Under the pieces are notes generated by a model, which was not told where the DNA came from, ran no database searches, and saw only the letters and a list, made by a program, of their open reading frames with translations. A DNA stretch of 64,000 nt from an uncultured Nitrospiraceae bacterium. Lineage in GTDB: Bacteria; Nitrospirota; Nitrospiria; Nitrospirales; Nitrospiraceae. Position numbers and translations under genes: made by a program. Location: contig CAVSTP010000001.1 of the NCBI GenBank assembly GCA_963730935.1, positions 135,646 through 199,645 on the forward strand, read 5' to 3'. Shown here piece by piece: positions 28,771 through 40,384 of the stretch (the stretch's first letter is position 1; each line of letters begins with the position of its first letter).

Positions 28771-29160
28771 ATGAAGCGTCCAGAATCAAAACCCCATCCT
28801 GGACAGGCGGCGACCAATGAGCGCCGTAAGCTGGTCCGGGCCACCCTCGTAGGCTCGGCGCTAGTGTCGCCAAAGGGAGGCGCCAAGGCCATCACAGCGG
28901 TCCTGGACAACGTCAATAAGGTGGGGGCCGGTCTGCACGCCAAGGACAAACTGGCCAATGGCGAGAAGGTCACCGTATCGCTGGCGTTTCTCGACTCTGA
29001 CCGCGTCGAACAACAGGAAAAGCTGGATGGGACGGTCGCCTGGGTGAAACCTTGGGAAAAGGGTTTTCTGATTGGCGTGGTCTGGGACGATGTCGTGACG
29101 AAAGAGAAAAACAAGTGGCTGTATTACTATCTGGAAGAAACGATCAAGTCTGCGCCGTAA
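28771..29160 (+). CDS. PilZ-domain protein
   Basis: ERRKLVR (RxxxR), degenerate NxxxxG, beta-barrel pattern. Confidence 0.7.
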   Translation: MKRPESKPHPGQAATNERRKLVRATLVGSALVSPKGGAKAITAVLDNVNKVGAGLHAKDKLANGEKVTVSLAFLDSDRVEQQEKLDGTVAWVKPWEKGFLIGVVWDDVVTKEKNKWLYYYLEETIKSAP

Positions 29161-29179
29161 GCCTTGAGCGCCCTGCCTA

Positions 29180-31021
29180 CTAGCTGATCGCCGCCAGTTT
29201 TTGCTTCACCTCAGTCAATTCCGATGACAGAGATTCCCACCGAGCGGTGAGCCGTTCGAGCTCCTTCTTCCAGGTATCCTGCTCCTGATGAAGGCCGTTC
29301 CATTTCGAAAACTCCTGGTACAGGGCGGGATCGGCAAGCATCTGATCGCGTTCCTTGATCTTCGTCTCCTGCTCCGCGATTTCGGCTTCAGCCCGGGCCA
29401 CTTGCTTCTCGAGCCGCGCCTGCGTCTTGTTCAAATCACGGCGGTCGCCGGCCGCCGACTTCGGCGCTGATTGCCCCGCCATCGCCTTTGTCGGACTAGC
29501 AGTCTTGCGCTCATCCTTTACACCGAGTTCCTCGCTCGATTCTTTGATCGATTCGAACTGCTGCGCCTTCTTCCATAAATAGTATTCATAGTCCCCGAAG
29601 AAGTTGCGAGCGCTCCCACCCTCGATCTCCACGACTCGGGTCGCGATTCTAGTGAGAAATGTGGGATCGTGAGAGATGAAAATGATCGTACCCGGGAAAT
29701 CAATCATGGCGTCGGTGAGCACATCCACGGAAGCGGGATCCAAATGATTCGTGGGCTCATCCAACAGCAGCGTATTGGCCGGATCCACGAGCATGCGAGC
29801 CAGGGCCACGCGATTTCGCTCCCCGCCGCTCAGCGCCTTGATCGGCTTTTTCTGGTCCTGTCCAGAAAACAGAAACGCCCCGGCCAGGCCGCGAAGAAAA
29901 TTCGTTTCTGCCGTGCTCGATACCTCGCCGAGCGATTCGAGAATCGAGTGCTCGGGGTTGAGTGTCTCGGCCTGATGCTGCGCAAAGTAATGAAGGCTCA
30001 CGCCGTGGCCGACCGCTCTCGTACCGTTGTCAGGCGGCAGAATGCCAGCCAACATCTTGAGCAGGGTACTCTTGCCCGCACCGTTTTCCCCCACGAGCGC
30101 AATCCGCTGGCCCCGTTCCACGGAGAAATCCAGCGATGTGTACACGACCTTTTCCCCGTACCGCTTGCTCACGCCTTGGAGATCCAATACATGACGCCCG
30201 CTGGTGGAGGGCAAGGGGAACTTGAATTTGACGCGCTTGGTATCCCGCTGCAATTCAATCAGCTTGACCTTTTCCAATTGCTTGATGCGCGACTGGACCT
30301 GGCGGGCCTTGTTGGCTTGATACCGGAACCGATCGACGAATTGCTGGACCCGTGCCACCTCCTTCCCCTGACGGGTGGCAGCCGCCTGAAGCTGGGCATC
30401 GCGAGCAGCACGGAGCTCGCGGAATTTCGTGTAATTGCCGCGGAACTCCTGGATCGTCTTGTCGCGAATCTCCCAGACATGGGTGGCAATGCGATCGAGA
30501 AAGGCGGTGTCGTGACTAATGACGAGCAACGTCAATTTGGAGTTCAATAGGAATTCTTCGAACCAGCGCTGCGTCGGTTTATCGAGATGGTTGGTCGGCT
30601 CGTCCAGCATCAGCACGTCGGGATTGGACAAGAGCAGATGGGCCAGCGCGACCCGCATGCGGTAGCCGCCCGACAACTTGTCCACCGGACGTGAAAAATC
30701 GGCCTCGCTGAATCCCAACCCCGAGAGAATCCGTTTGGCTTCGTGCTCCGGATACTCGTCACGATGCGCAGCATCGAGCGCCGTTTTCCCGGTGATGGTC
30801 TCGAGTTCCTGCGGCAAATACCCGATGCGCAGCCGCGGACGTTTTCGGATCGTGCCTTCATCCGGCGACTCCTCGCTTAAAATCATCTTAAAGAGCGTGG
30901 TCTTACCGGTCCCGTTCGGTCCGACCAGGCCGACGCGGGTGTGCGGGCGCAAGTGGGCTGAAGCCGCGTCAAACAGGACCTTGGTGGAAAACTGCTTATG
31001 AACAGACTCGATTTGCAGCAT
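29180..31021 (-). CDS. ABC-F family translation ATPase with C-terminal coiled coil (Uup/YheS-like)
   Basis: Two ABC domains (GPNGTGKT, GENGAGKS, LSGG, DEPTNHLD twice), GNY linker, no TM segments. Confidence 0.95.
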   Translation of the reverse strand: MLQIESVHKQFSTKVLFDAASAHLRPHTRVGLVGPNGTGKTTLFKMILSEESPDEGTIRKRPRLRIGYLPQELETITGKTALDAAHRDEYPEHEAKRILSGLGFSEADFSRPVDKLSGGYRMRVALAHLLLSNPDVLMLDEPTNHLDKPTQRWFEEFLLNSKLTLLVISHDTAFLDRIATHVWEIRDKTIQEFRGNYTKFRELRAARDAQLQAAATRQGKEVARVQQFVDRFRYQANKARQVQSRIKQLEKVKLIELQRDTKRVKFKFPLPSTSGRHVLDLQGVSKRYGEKVVYTSLDFSVERGQRIALVGENGAGKSTLLKMLAGILPPDNGTRAVGHGVSLHYFAQHQAETLNPEHSILESLGEVSSTAETNFLRGLAGAFLFSGQDQKKPIKALSGGERNRVALARMLVDPANTLLLDEPTNHLDPASVDVLTDAMIDFPGTIIFISHDPTFLTRIATRVVEIEGGSARNFFGDYEYYLWKKAQQFESIKESSEELGVKDERKTASPTKAMAGQSAPKSAAGDRRDLNKTQARLEKQVARAEAEIAEQETKIKERDQMLADPALYQEFSKWNGLHQEQDTWKKELERLTARWESLSSELTEVKQKLAAIS

Positions 31022-31072
31022 ATGGTGTACGGTGCGAAAGAGTGACGATGAAGGAGGCGCTAATTCACTGAC

Positions 31073-31123
31073 CTAGTAGGCAGGCGGAATGCGCATCGAT
31101 GGGATAGGGCAGGGATACTTCAA
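31073..31123 (-). promoter_or_regulatory. Putative Pro-rich leader ORF (MKYPCPIPSMRIPPAY) upstream of ABC-F
   Basis: TAAGGAG SD 4 nt before TTG; TAG 51 nt before the ABC-F ATG. Confidence 0.35.
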
Positions 31124-31216
31124 TTTGCTCCTTACGAGCCGAGAAATTCTGTCCGTCGGCGACAGCGTTATCCTATTTGTGCCTCAGGGGTCCGACGGTA
31201 CGCACGAAGTGCGGTT

Positions 31217-31292
31217 TGGTGGAGCTGGCGGGGATTGAACCCGCGACCTCGTGAATGCCATTCACGCGCGCTCCCAGCTGCGCCACAGCCCC
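31217..31292 (-). tRNA. tRNA-Ala(GGC)
   Basis: GGGGCTG...TGGCA anticodon loop...GGTTCAATCC...CAGCTCCACCA, 76 nt. Confidence 0.97.
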
Positions 31293-31360
31293 ACGCTCAC
31301 TAATCTGAACAATATGAAAAACCGTAAGAAAACGGTGAAAATCCGCATCAAAGCGAGGTC

Positions 31361-32804
<1,444 letters not shown>

Positions 32805-32863
32805 ATCGGACTCTCTAGGCACAAGCGGATCTTCGGTGTTAAAATCCCCACCTTCCGCTCGGT

Positions 32864-32939
32864 GAGCCGCTAGCTCAGACGGTAGAGCATCGCCCTTTTA
32901 AGGCGAGGGCCCTGGGTTCGAGTCCCAGGCGGCTCACCA
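32864..32939 (+). tRNA. tRNA-Lys(TTT)
   Basis: GAGCCGC...CTTTTAA loop...GGTTCGAGTCC...GCGGCTCACCA, 76 nt. Confidence 0.97.
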
Positions 32940-33231
32940 CCAAATCAAAGACTTAGCATCCCGCCTTTGTGCGTGTCTTGCCCAATTGTGCTTGTTCTGT
33001 GCTTGTTCTCGTTTCAGGCCAACCGCAAAACGAATTGTGGGATCGACCTTTTTTTGCGATGAGAGCGAAACAGTCGGGGGGTGTGTCGAACGTGAAGTAC
33101 GAGTATTGAGTCGCCTCTCCACACAGTCCAGGGTGGTAGCACTGTGGTAGCATGGTCTCTTAAATCATCGGAAGCCCGCCGCTTTTTCGCGGTCAGTTAG
33201 AAGAACCGAAGGCTAGAGATTTGGCTGATTC

Positions 33232-33429
33232 TCAGGCCCCTGTGCGTCCGTGTCTTGTGCCTGGTGGCCGATCCTGCTGAGAGGAAAGGTAGACACCGCA
33301 CACCGCACAAACTACCTCTGCGGTGAACATGTTGCCTTTACGTTCCAACTCGAAAACGCAGACGTGTTTAAAGAAATGTTCACTCCGTTGTCCCATACGT
33401 AGAGAACCGAAAATAGGATTGTTCGACAT
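33232..33429 (-). CDS. Small hypothetical protein (HxC...CxxC)
   Basis: 65-aa ORF with AGGTGG SD-like sequence. Confidence 0.4.
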   Translation of the reverse strand: MSNNPIFGSLRMGQRSEHFFKHVCVFELERKGNMFTAEVVCAVCGVYLSSQQDRPPGTRHGRTGA

Positions 33430-33867
33430 AGGCGACCACCTTTCTCACAAAGATGTCGGCGGTCGGGCCTTCCAGGAGGTCGTTGGCAGGTGTGGTGTGT
33501 AGGGAAACGATCGCTCAGCCGTTACGCAACGTCGACAGGCTGTTGAGCGATATCAGTAACGCGTTCTCTCGCGTTTCGCCATACATTCAATATTGCTTGA
33601 AGTGAAAGGGGTAGACACGGAGTGAATGAGAAGTACCGCAGCAACAGCGAGCCGGTGCTATATGTGGAGCCGTTGCCAGCGCTGCCTGTGCCATCGCGTC
33701 CTCCTTCCGTCACATTTTGTCAGGGCTCAGGAACCAACTGAACCTGCGCAATCGTCCGTCTAATCACTTCGGCCGTGGCGCCCGGAGCTCGGCGTCCGGC
33801 CGCGCGAATCGCCCGTCGCTCATGGCCAATACGACCGTGGATGCATACAAGGAGGACCACATGTACA

Positions 33868-35517
33868 TCACCGTTCCCTTAAATACTGGTGCACGAACTG
33901 AACGGCCATCGCTCCTTCGCCAACCGCCGAGGCGACGCGCTTGACTGAGCCGGACCGCACGTCTCCGGCAGCGAATACGCCGGGACGGCTTGTCTCCAAG
34001 AGAAACGGCTGGCGCATGGCGGTCCAGTGCGCCGACTGCGAAAGGGCCGGCCCCGTCCGGATGAAATTCTTCGTGTCTTTCTCGATTTCCGGGGGAAGCC
34101 AGTCCGTCCGCGGCATTGCGCCGATGAAGCTGAATAGCGCCTGGACTTTCAGCGTCTTCACCTCCGCGGTTTTGGTATCGACGAGCTCGACTGACCTCAG
34201 GTAGAGGTCGCCGGACATCCGCCGGACCTCCGTCTTGCGGAGCACCTCGATATTGGGCGTTTCCTCGATCCTCCGGACAAGATAGCTGGACATATCCTTA
34301 CCCAGGTCGTTGCCGCGGATCACGAGATACACCCTTCGGCTTTGTGTCGACAGAAAGACGGCGGCTTGGCCGGCGGAGTTGCCGCCTCCCACCACCACGA
34401 CGTCCGAACCCTTGCACATCTGCGCCTCGTTGAAGGTCGCGGCGTAATACACCCCGCATCCCTCGAACTGCTCGCAGCCTTCGGCCGTCAAGCGCCGGTA
34501 GTCCGCCCCCGTTGCAATCAGCAGACACTTGGTCATGACCGTCTCGCCACCATCGAGATGGAGCCGAAGATACGTCTGGTCGAATGTCAGGCTCGTTACG
34601 AGCGTGGCCGCGGGCAGGCGGGCCCCGAACTTGCTCGCCTGCACGACGGCGCGTTCCGCCAGTTCGAGGCCGGTGATGCCGGTGGGAAAGCCCAGATAAT
34701 TCTCGATACGCATGCTCCGGCCGGCTTGGCCTCCGGGACCGGCGCGTTCCAGCACCACCGTGCTCAGTCCCTCCGAACCACCATAGACCGCCGCAGCCAG
34801 TCCCGCCGGTCCCGCCCCCACCACGACCAGGTCATACACCGTCTGCTCCAGCGGTTGGCGAATCCCGAGCGCCTCTGCCAGTTCGCGGTTGGAAGGGTTG
34901 CGCAAGAGCAGCTTGCGCCCCCAGGCCACCACCGGCGTGTCTGTTGCGGCGAGCCCGAACTGGCTGAGGAGTTTATCCACCTGAGGATCCACTTCAAGGT
35001 CCAACCACGTGAAGGGCATCCGGTTCTTCGCGAGAAAATCCCGAATCCGGAAGGTATCCCGCGAGTAACGGGACCCGATGACGCGCAGGCCCGTGTACGT
35101 TCCGGGCTGCGTCACGAGTTGCCGCCTGGCTAAGAAAGCCTGAAGAATCACATCCCCTAGGTCCGGATGGTTGTTCAGGATCTGTCGCAGGGCATCGGGC
35201 GATACCTCGTAGGCTTCACACTCGCCACGAGCCACCCCGCTGAACAGCGAGGGGCTGCCCGTCAGTTGAAAGGCGTCCCCGGTGAACTCCCCCGGCCTGT
35301 GGACCGCGATAGTCTTCGGCGTATCCTCCGATTCATCCACAATGTCGACCGTCCCGGACTTGACGATGAAAAATTTGAAGTCGCGTGCGCCCGCCTCGAA
35401 TAGCTTGTCGCCATCACGATACTTCTTGAGCGCCGTCAGCGGGCACCGTCCCAATGCGGCCATTTGGGACTCGTTGAGTGTGGGAAAAGCGACGCTGCGC
35501 AAGTCATGCTCGGCCAT
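33868..35517 (-). CDS. cNMP-binding domain + thioredoxin reductase-like FAD oxidoreductase
   Basis: N-terminal CAP-type domain (GEFTG), GAGPAG, IENYLGFP, GGGNSA, AAGDVR; GGAGG SD. Confidence 0.92.
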   Translation of the reverse strand: MAEHDLRSVAFPTLNESQMAALGRCPLTALKKYRDGDKLFEAGARDFKFFIVKSGTVDIVDESEDTPKTIAVHRPGEFTGDAFQLTGSPSLFSGVARGECEAYEVSPDALRQILNNHPDLGDVILQAFLARRQLVTQPGTYTGLRVIGSRYSRDTFRIRDFLAKNRMPFTWLDLEVDPQVDKLLSQFGLAATDTPVVAWGRKLLLRNPSNRELAEALGIRQPLEQTVYDLVVVGAGPAGLAAAVYGGSEGLSTVVLERAGPGGQAGRSMRIENYLGFPTGITGLELAERAVVQASKFGARLPAATLVTSLTFDQTYLRLHLDGGETVMTKCLLIATGADYRRLTAEGCEQFEGCGVYYAATFNEAQMCKGSDVVVVGGGNSAGQAAVFLSTQSRRVYLVIRGNDLGKDMSSYLVRRIEETPNIEVLRKTEVRRMSGDLYLRSVELVDTKTAEVKTLKVQALFSFIGAMPRTDWLPPEIEKDTKNFIRTGPALSQSAHWTAMRQPFLLETSRPGVFAAGDVRSGSVKRVASAVGEGAMAVQFVHQYLRER

Positions 35518-35544
35518 GGTGCATCACCTCCGGACGACGCGACA

Positions 35545-35995
35545 CGTTCTTATAACGAATGTATCCGGGGGGGACTTGGTCAAGGCCAAGCGCTCTCGTA
35601 AGAAAACTCAATCGCCTTGTCTTGCCAGGTGACGGATCCTTCAGCCATTCCTCCAGCGTTGGACCAAACGACTCCCGTACCTTTCCTTCGACCATGATTG
35701 AGACAGGTCCTGCGAGAGAACGTCCTAAAATGAAGAGGTCGTTTTGCGACGAGCGAGTTCCACCTGGAAGTGGCACTTTGAATTCCGGTACAGCAATAAG
35801 AGGGACAAGCCCGGTTAACAAAGGATCGGACGTTTGGGTGAGCGCCAGCGATACTTCCGTGGGAAAGCCATCTGCGGCTTCCCAGCAGTGTGCCAACGTC
35901 CGCGCGGAATACCCAGTGCGCCAATGCTTGGATGGATCGGCGAGCAAGCGCTGCCAGTCGGCAGGCCCTTTAGTGAACGAAAGAATGTGAGGCAT
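35545..35995 (-). pseudogene. 3'-truncated PD-(D/E)xK-like protein (DUF6946-like)
   Basis: HWRTGYSARTLAHCWE, PEFKVPL, SQNDL..VEGKVRESFG; family-like sequence appears to stop at IRY, where the high-GC trxB-like segment begins. Confidence 0.55.
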
Positions 35996-36339
35996 AGTGA
36001 TCTATTTTCTGCTTCCCGATAAGGTGTTCGTTGGCCAATATTGCTCAATTGTAAAGAGGAGGAGGATGGTACGATATCCCCATATTGGGGCCTGCTAGCA
36101 TCTGGAAGAAAAGTTAGTTTCGACCGGCAGAAGTGCACGAAGGTCAAAGCCTTATCAGCCCACTGCCTAGGCACCCATGTCGGTCGGTGTGGGAACGTGT
36201 GATTGGATCAAATGCTGAGCTACTTGGAATTGTTCCCATGGCAGTGTAAGCGGTGCCGGACTCGCTCCTATTTCCGATTCGTTTATGAAGTTATGTGGGT
36301 GTAAGGCACACGTGCAGGTCACGCGCTAGGGGACTTCTA

Positions 36340-36537
36340 TTAACCAATGGGTGCGAGGTTTTTAGAGGGAATATCTCGCTGACAGTGAGGGCAAGCTGTA
36401 GCGCCTAGACGAATTCCCGCAAGACAAGAGGGGCATGTCGCGTCGTAACGCTTCGGCAAAATAAGCAAAACAATCAGCCCGAACAACACGAACCAAGTCC
36501 CGATAGCAAACCACGCGACTGCATTTCGATTTTTCAC
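36340..36537 (-). CDS. Small membrane protein with zinc ribbon
   Basis: TM helix followed by CPSC...CPHC. Confidence 0.5.
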   Translation of the reverse strand: MKNRNAVAWFAIGTWFVLFGLIVLLILPKRYDATCPSCLAGIRLGATACPHCQRDIPSKNLAPIG

Positions 36538-36564
36538 ACTGGCAAGGATGGCACCTAATACGTA

Positions 36565-36834
36565 TTACCGGACATGAAGAAGGAGCAGGTCAAGCTCACG
36601 GTGGAAAACGATGTCCTGACGATGTCCGGCGAACGGCAATACGAGAAGGAAACCACCGGGCACAAGCATCATCGGATCGAACGTGCCTACGGGCGCTTCA
36701 TGCGGAGCTTCTCGCTACCCGAGAATACGGATGGGAGCAAGATGTCGGCTGACTACAAGGACGGCATGCTCACCGTGCGTCTCCCCAAAGCCGAGAAGAC
36801 GAAACCGAAAGCCATCGAGGTCAAGGTTGCCTAG
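36565..36834 (+). pseudogene. 5'-truncated Hsp20/alpha-crystallin
   Basis: LPDMKKEQV..ERAYGRFMRSFSLP..YKDGMLTVRLPK..IEVKV; in-frame stop just upstream and N-terminal arm missing. Confidence 0.8.
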
Positions 36835-37070
36835 GGTCCTTGCGTTGATCTGGGGATGCGGAGCGTCAGGGAAGGCGTTCTTACGCTGATGCGATGATGG
36901 AGTCTTCCTGACGCTCCGCGCCCGGCATTGACGCTGATGCACCTCTAGACCTCGGAAAAAGATTTATGTCTGTTCAAAAGGAGACAGGAGGTTCTCTATA
37001 ACGTGCTGATTGTAAACATAACATCTCCTCTTGTTCGTATATTACCGACCCCCGTCGGTACTCCTTTGGA

Positions 37071-37265
37071 TCATCCCCCCTCCCAGTTCTTCACTGGGCG
37101 TACGTACAGCTTCTCATCTTGCCAGGTTTTCTTGACCTCCGACGCTCGAATTGCTTCTTCGTGGGTTAACCCCGGCGTGCAATATTCCTCGCCTCGACAA
37201 ACGGTATAGAGATGTGGGGTACAGCCTGCGGTTAAAAGGAACAAAAGCAGTGAAAAGTACTTCAT
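37071..37265 (-). CDS. Small lipoprotein
   Basis: GGAGG SD, MKYFSLLLFLLTAGC lipobox. Confidence 0.7.
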   Translation of the reverse strand: MKYFSLLLFLLTAGCTPHLYTVCRGEEYCTPGLTHEEAIRASEVKKTWQDEKLYVRPVKNWEGG

Positions 37266-37511
37266 GGTAAGCCTCCTTTCTGTAGCCAACAACCACAGCT
37301 TGAAAGGGTAGGCTCTTTTTTAGCTTCTGGCTATCCTGCTTTGGGATTGTGGGCTTCCACGTAGTTTAAATCGTACATGGAACAGATGGTGAGACTGATT
37401 TTTTGGTGCCGGGGAGTGAACCAGGTGTGTAACCTCGCGTGGCAGGCGTAGACTTACGGCTAGCTCCAATGAGCAACTTGTTTCGTGATGATTCTTGCTG
37501 GAAGTGCAGCG

Positions 37512-38300
37512 ATGGAACGTTGGCGGGGGAAATGGGCGCTCATCACGGGAGCCAGCGCGGGGATCGGCTTGGCGCTGGCTGCACAGTTGGCCGCAGGTGG
37601 CACGAATCTGATCCTGACTGCGCGGCGGCGCGAGCGCCTGGAGACGCTTGCTGGGAGGCTTTCGGAGCAGCACGGTGTGCGCATCGAAGTCTTTCCAGCC
37701 GACTTGACACTACCGGCCGCACCCGAAAACTTGTTCGCGTTCACCGAGAAACAAGGCATCGTCGTGGACTTGTTAGTGAACAATGCTGGCTTTGGTACGT
37801 ATGGACTATTCTCAACGTCCGACCGCACACGGCAGTTAGCGATGGTGCAGGTCAATATTGCGGCGGTCGTTGCCTTGACGCATCTGTATCTGCCGAGGAT
37901 GATCGAGCGCCGACGCGGTGACATCTTAATGGTCTCGTCGACGGCAGCCTTCCAGGGCCTGCCCTACCTCGCGACCTACGCCGCCACGAAGGCATTCGAT
38001 CTGTTGTTTGCAGAGGCGCTGGCCGAGGAGGTGCGGCAGAAAGGCATACGCGTCTGTGCGCTCTGTCCCGGGCCTACCGCCACGGAATTTCAGGCAGTCG
38101 CAGGAGAGTCCCGCCGACTCCACCACTACGCCACCGAGACCGCTGCCAAGGTGGCTCGCGTCGGATTGGTGGCACTGGCACGCGGCAGGAGCTACGTCAT
38201 CTCGGGGGTCGGTAATTATCTGAGCGCACATGCGCAGCGCCTCGCCCCACGTCAATTCGTGACCCGCATAGCTGCGAAAGTTCTCCGTCCTCGCGCTTAA
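37512..38300 (+). CDS. SDR family oxidoreductase (DltE-like)
   Basis: TGASAGIG, NNAG, YAATK. Confidence 0.9.
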   Translation: MERWRGKWALITGASAGIGLALAAQLAAGGTNLILTARRRERLETLAGRLSEQHGVRIEVFPADLTLPAAPENLFAFTEKQGIVVDLLVNNAGFGTYGLFSTSDRTRQLAMVQVNIAAVVALTHLYLPRMIERRRGDILMVSSTAAFQGLPYLATYAATKAFDLLFAEALAEEVRQKGIRVCALCPGPTATEFQAVAGESRRLHHYATETAAKVARVGLVALARGRSYVISGVGNYLSAHAQRLAPRQFVTRIAAKVLRPRA

Positions 38301-38430
38301 CTGACTGACCTGCCCCCTGTGGTTGTACCGCTGGCAATGTGAGTCACGCGCACCGTGGCGCGACTGTTTCGGGTGTGGGTGGGTGTATAATAATTGGCTA
38401 CGGAAAGCCAAAACGGAAATTCCGGACAAC

Positions 38431-39261
38431 ATGCAGCTACGGGTCGGCTATGAACTAATCTATAACTTTCCACAGGCGACCCCGATTGTACTGACGCTGA
38501 ACATCCATTATTCGCGCGCGTCGGACGTCGTGGTGCCGGACTATCTTACGACCGATCCGTCAGTACCGATTGCCGGATATCGCGATGGCTTTGGAAACTG
38601 GTGCAACCGGATCGTGGCGCCCGCCGGCCGAATTCGAATCAGGACCAATGCAATCGTAAGAGATACAGGCCAACCGGACGGTTACTTTCCTAACGCGCAG
38701 CAGCACGCGGTAGAGGATCTCCCTGAAGAGACTCTGGTCTTTCTGCTGGGCAGCCGGTATTGCGAGACGGATTTGCTATCCCAGGCTGCTTGGGACCTTT
38801 TTAGCCAGTCCCCGCCGGGGTGGGCCCGCGTACAGACGATCTGCGATTATGTTCACAACCATATCGCTTTCGATTATCAGAATGCGCGCCCCACCAGGAC
38901 GGCATGGGAAGTGTTCAACGAGCGCGTCGGGGTCTGCCGCGACTACGCCCACCTGGCCGTCACGTTCTGCCGCTGTATGAATATTCCCGCCCGGTATTGC
39001 ACCGGATACCTGAGTGATGTGGGGACGCCGCCGCCCTGGGCCATTGGGGATTTTGCCGCATGGTTCGAAGTCTTTATTGGCGGCGGGTGGCACACTTTCG
39101 ATCCCCGCAACAACGTGCCGCGGATCGGCCGCGTGCTTATCGCGCGGGGGCGCGATGCCTGCGACGTGGCCATCGCCACCACCTTTGGCCCACAACTGCT
39201 GGAAAGTTTCAAGGTCTGGACGGATGAAATCACGGAGGGCATGACCGCTGGCTCTCTTTAG
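38431..39261 (+). CDS. Transglutaminase-like protein
   Basis: SRYCETD, GVCRDYAH, DFAAWFEV, FDPRNN, GRDACD. Confidence 0.9.
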   Translation: MQLRVGYELIYNFPQATPIVLTLNIHYSRASDVVVPDYLTTDPSVPIAGYRDGFGNWCNRIVAPAGRIRIRTNAIVRDTGQPDGYFPNAQQHAVEDLPEETLVFLLGSRYCETDLLSQAAWDLFSQSPPGWARVQTICDYVHNHIAFDYQNARPTRTAWEVFNERVGVCRDYAHLAVTFCRCMNIPARYCTGYLSDVGTPPPWAIGDFAAWFEVFIGGGWHTFDPRNNVPRIGRVLIARGRDACDVAIATTFGPQLLESFKVWTDEITEGMTAGSL

Positions 39262-39283
39262 CGTGGGAGCAAGTTTTCTGATT

Positions 39284-40153
39284 ATGTCGCTTTTTACCGT
39301 GCGCCATATCACGGTCTATCGCTACTCCCACCCAGTGGAACTGGGCGAGCACCGGATGATATTCCGGCCTCGCGAGAGTCACGACCTCAGGCTGCTCAAG
39401 TCAAGCTTGCGGATTGTGCCCCATCCGACCCGGGTTCGCTGGCTCCACGACGCGTTTGACAATTCCGTAGCAGTCGTCACCTTCGACGGGGCGACTTCCG
39501 AGCTTTGTTTTGACAGCGCTGTAACTCTGGAACATTTCGAAACCATGTTGCCGGAATACCCGCTGGAGGAGTACGCAAAGACCTATCCTTTCAGCTACTC
39601 GGATGAGGAACTACCAAACCTCGCCTTGGCGATAGTCAATCAGTATCCAAGCGAGAACGTCAAGCATTGGGTAAGTCAGTTTCTGGACCCATCTGGACGA
39701 ACCGGCACCATGCACCTGCTTCGGGCCATGACGCTCGGCATACGGCAGGAGTTCATCTATGTGCCGCGCAGTGAGAAGGACGTACAGCGCCCCGACGAGA
39801 CGTTGCAAATGCGCAGGGGTAGCTGCCGGGACTTCGCGGTGCTGATGATGGAAGCAACGCGCTCGCTCGGTCTGGCCGCCCGCTTTGTCAGCGGGTATAT
39901 ATTCGTTCCGGGCATGGATGCCGGCGGAACGAAGGGCGGCGGCTCAACGCACGCATGGATGCAGACCTACTTACCCGGCGCCGGCTGGATCGACTTCGAT
40001 CCGACCAATAGCATCATCGGCAATCGCAATCTCATTCGTGTCGCCGTCGCGTGGGACTCGAAGCAAGTCCTGCCGTTATGGGGCACCTTTGTCGGTTCCG
40101 CCTCGTCGTTCCTCGGCATGGAGGTGACAGTGACTGTAACGGAAGACGGATAG
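39284..40153 (+). CDS. Transglutaminase-like protein with Bact_transglu_N domain
   Basis: HITVYRY, DAFDN, GSCRDFA, THAW, FDPTN. Confidence 0.9.
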   Translation: MSLFTVRHITVYRYSHPVELGEHRMIFRPRESHDLRLLKSSLRIVPHPTRVRWLHDAFDNSVAVVTFDGATSELCFDSAVTLEHFETMLPEYPLEEYAKTYPFSYSDEELPNLALAIVNQYPSENVKHWVSQFLDPSGRTGTMHLLRAMTLGIRQEFIYVPRSEKDVQRPDETLQMRRGSCRDFAVLMMEATRSLGLAARFVSGYIFVPGMDAGGTKGGGSTHAWMQTYLPGAGWIDFDPTNSIIGNRNLIRVAVAWDSKQVLPLWGTFVGSASSFLGMEVTVTVTEDG

Positions 40154-40157
40154 GGAT

Positions 40158-40384
40158 ATGATCCGTCCCGACTTTGATGTGCTTCGGCCCAAAGGAGGAG
40201 GACCTTCGTTATCTTCTGCGATCACGCCAGCGATCATATTCCGCCAGAACTGAACGATCTGGGACTGTCGGCCGCTGACCTTGCTCGTCACATCGCGTGG
40301 GACCCAGAGGCGGCTTGCATAGCCGAGGAGCTGTCGAATCGATTCGATTCGCCGGCATACTTTGCTCCACCTCACGTCTGGTTC
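40158..40384 (+). pseudogene. N-formylglutamate amidohydrolase fragment
   Basis: Across two frameshifts: FVIFCDHASDHIPPELNDLGL..LARHIAWDP..ILCSTSRLV, then truncated. Confidence 0.75.

Noticed and set aside
29669..30550. 293-aa plus-strand ORF
   Set aside because: Antisense shadow of the ABC-F gene
36130..36305. Possible small Cys-motif gene remnant (PWQCKRCRTR)
   Set aside because: No intact frame or start; support too weak
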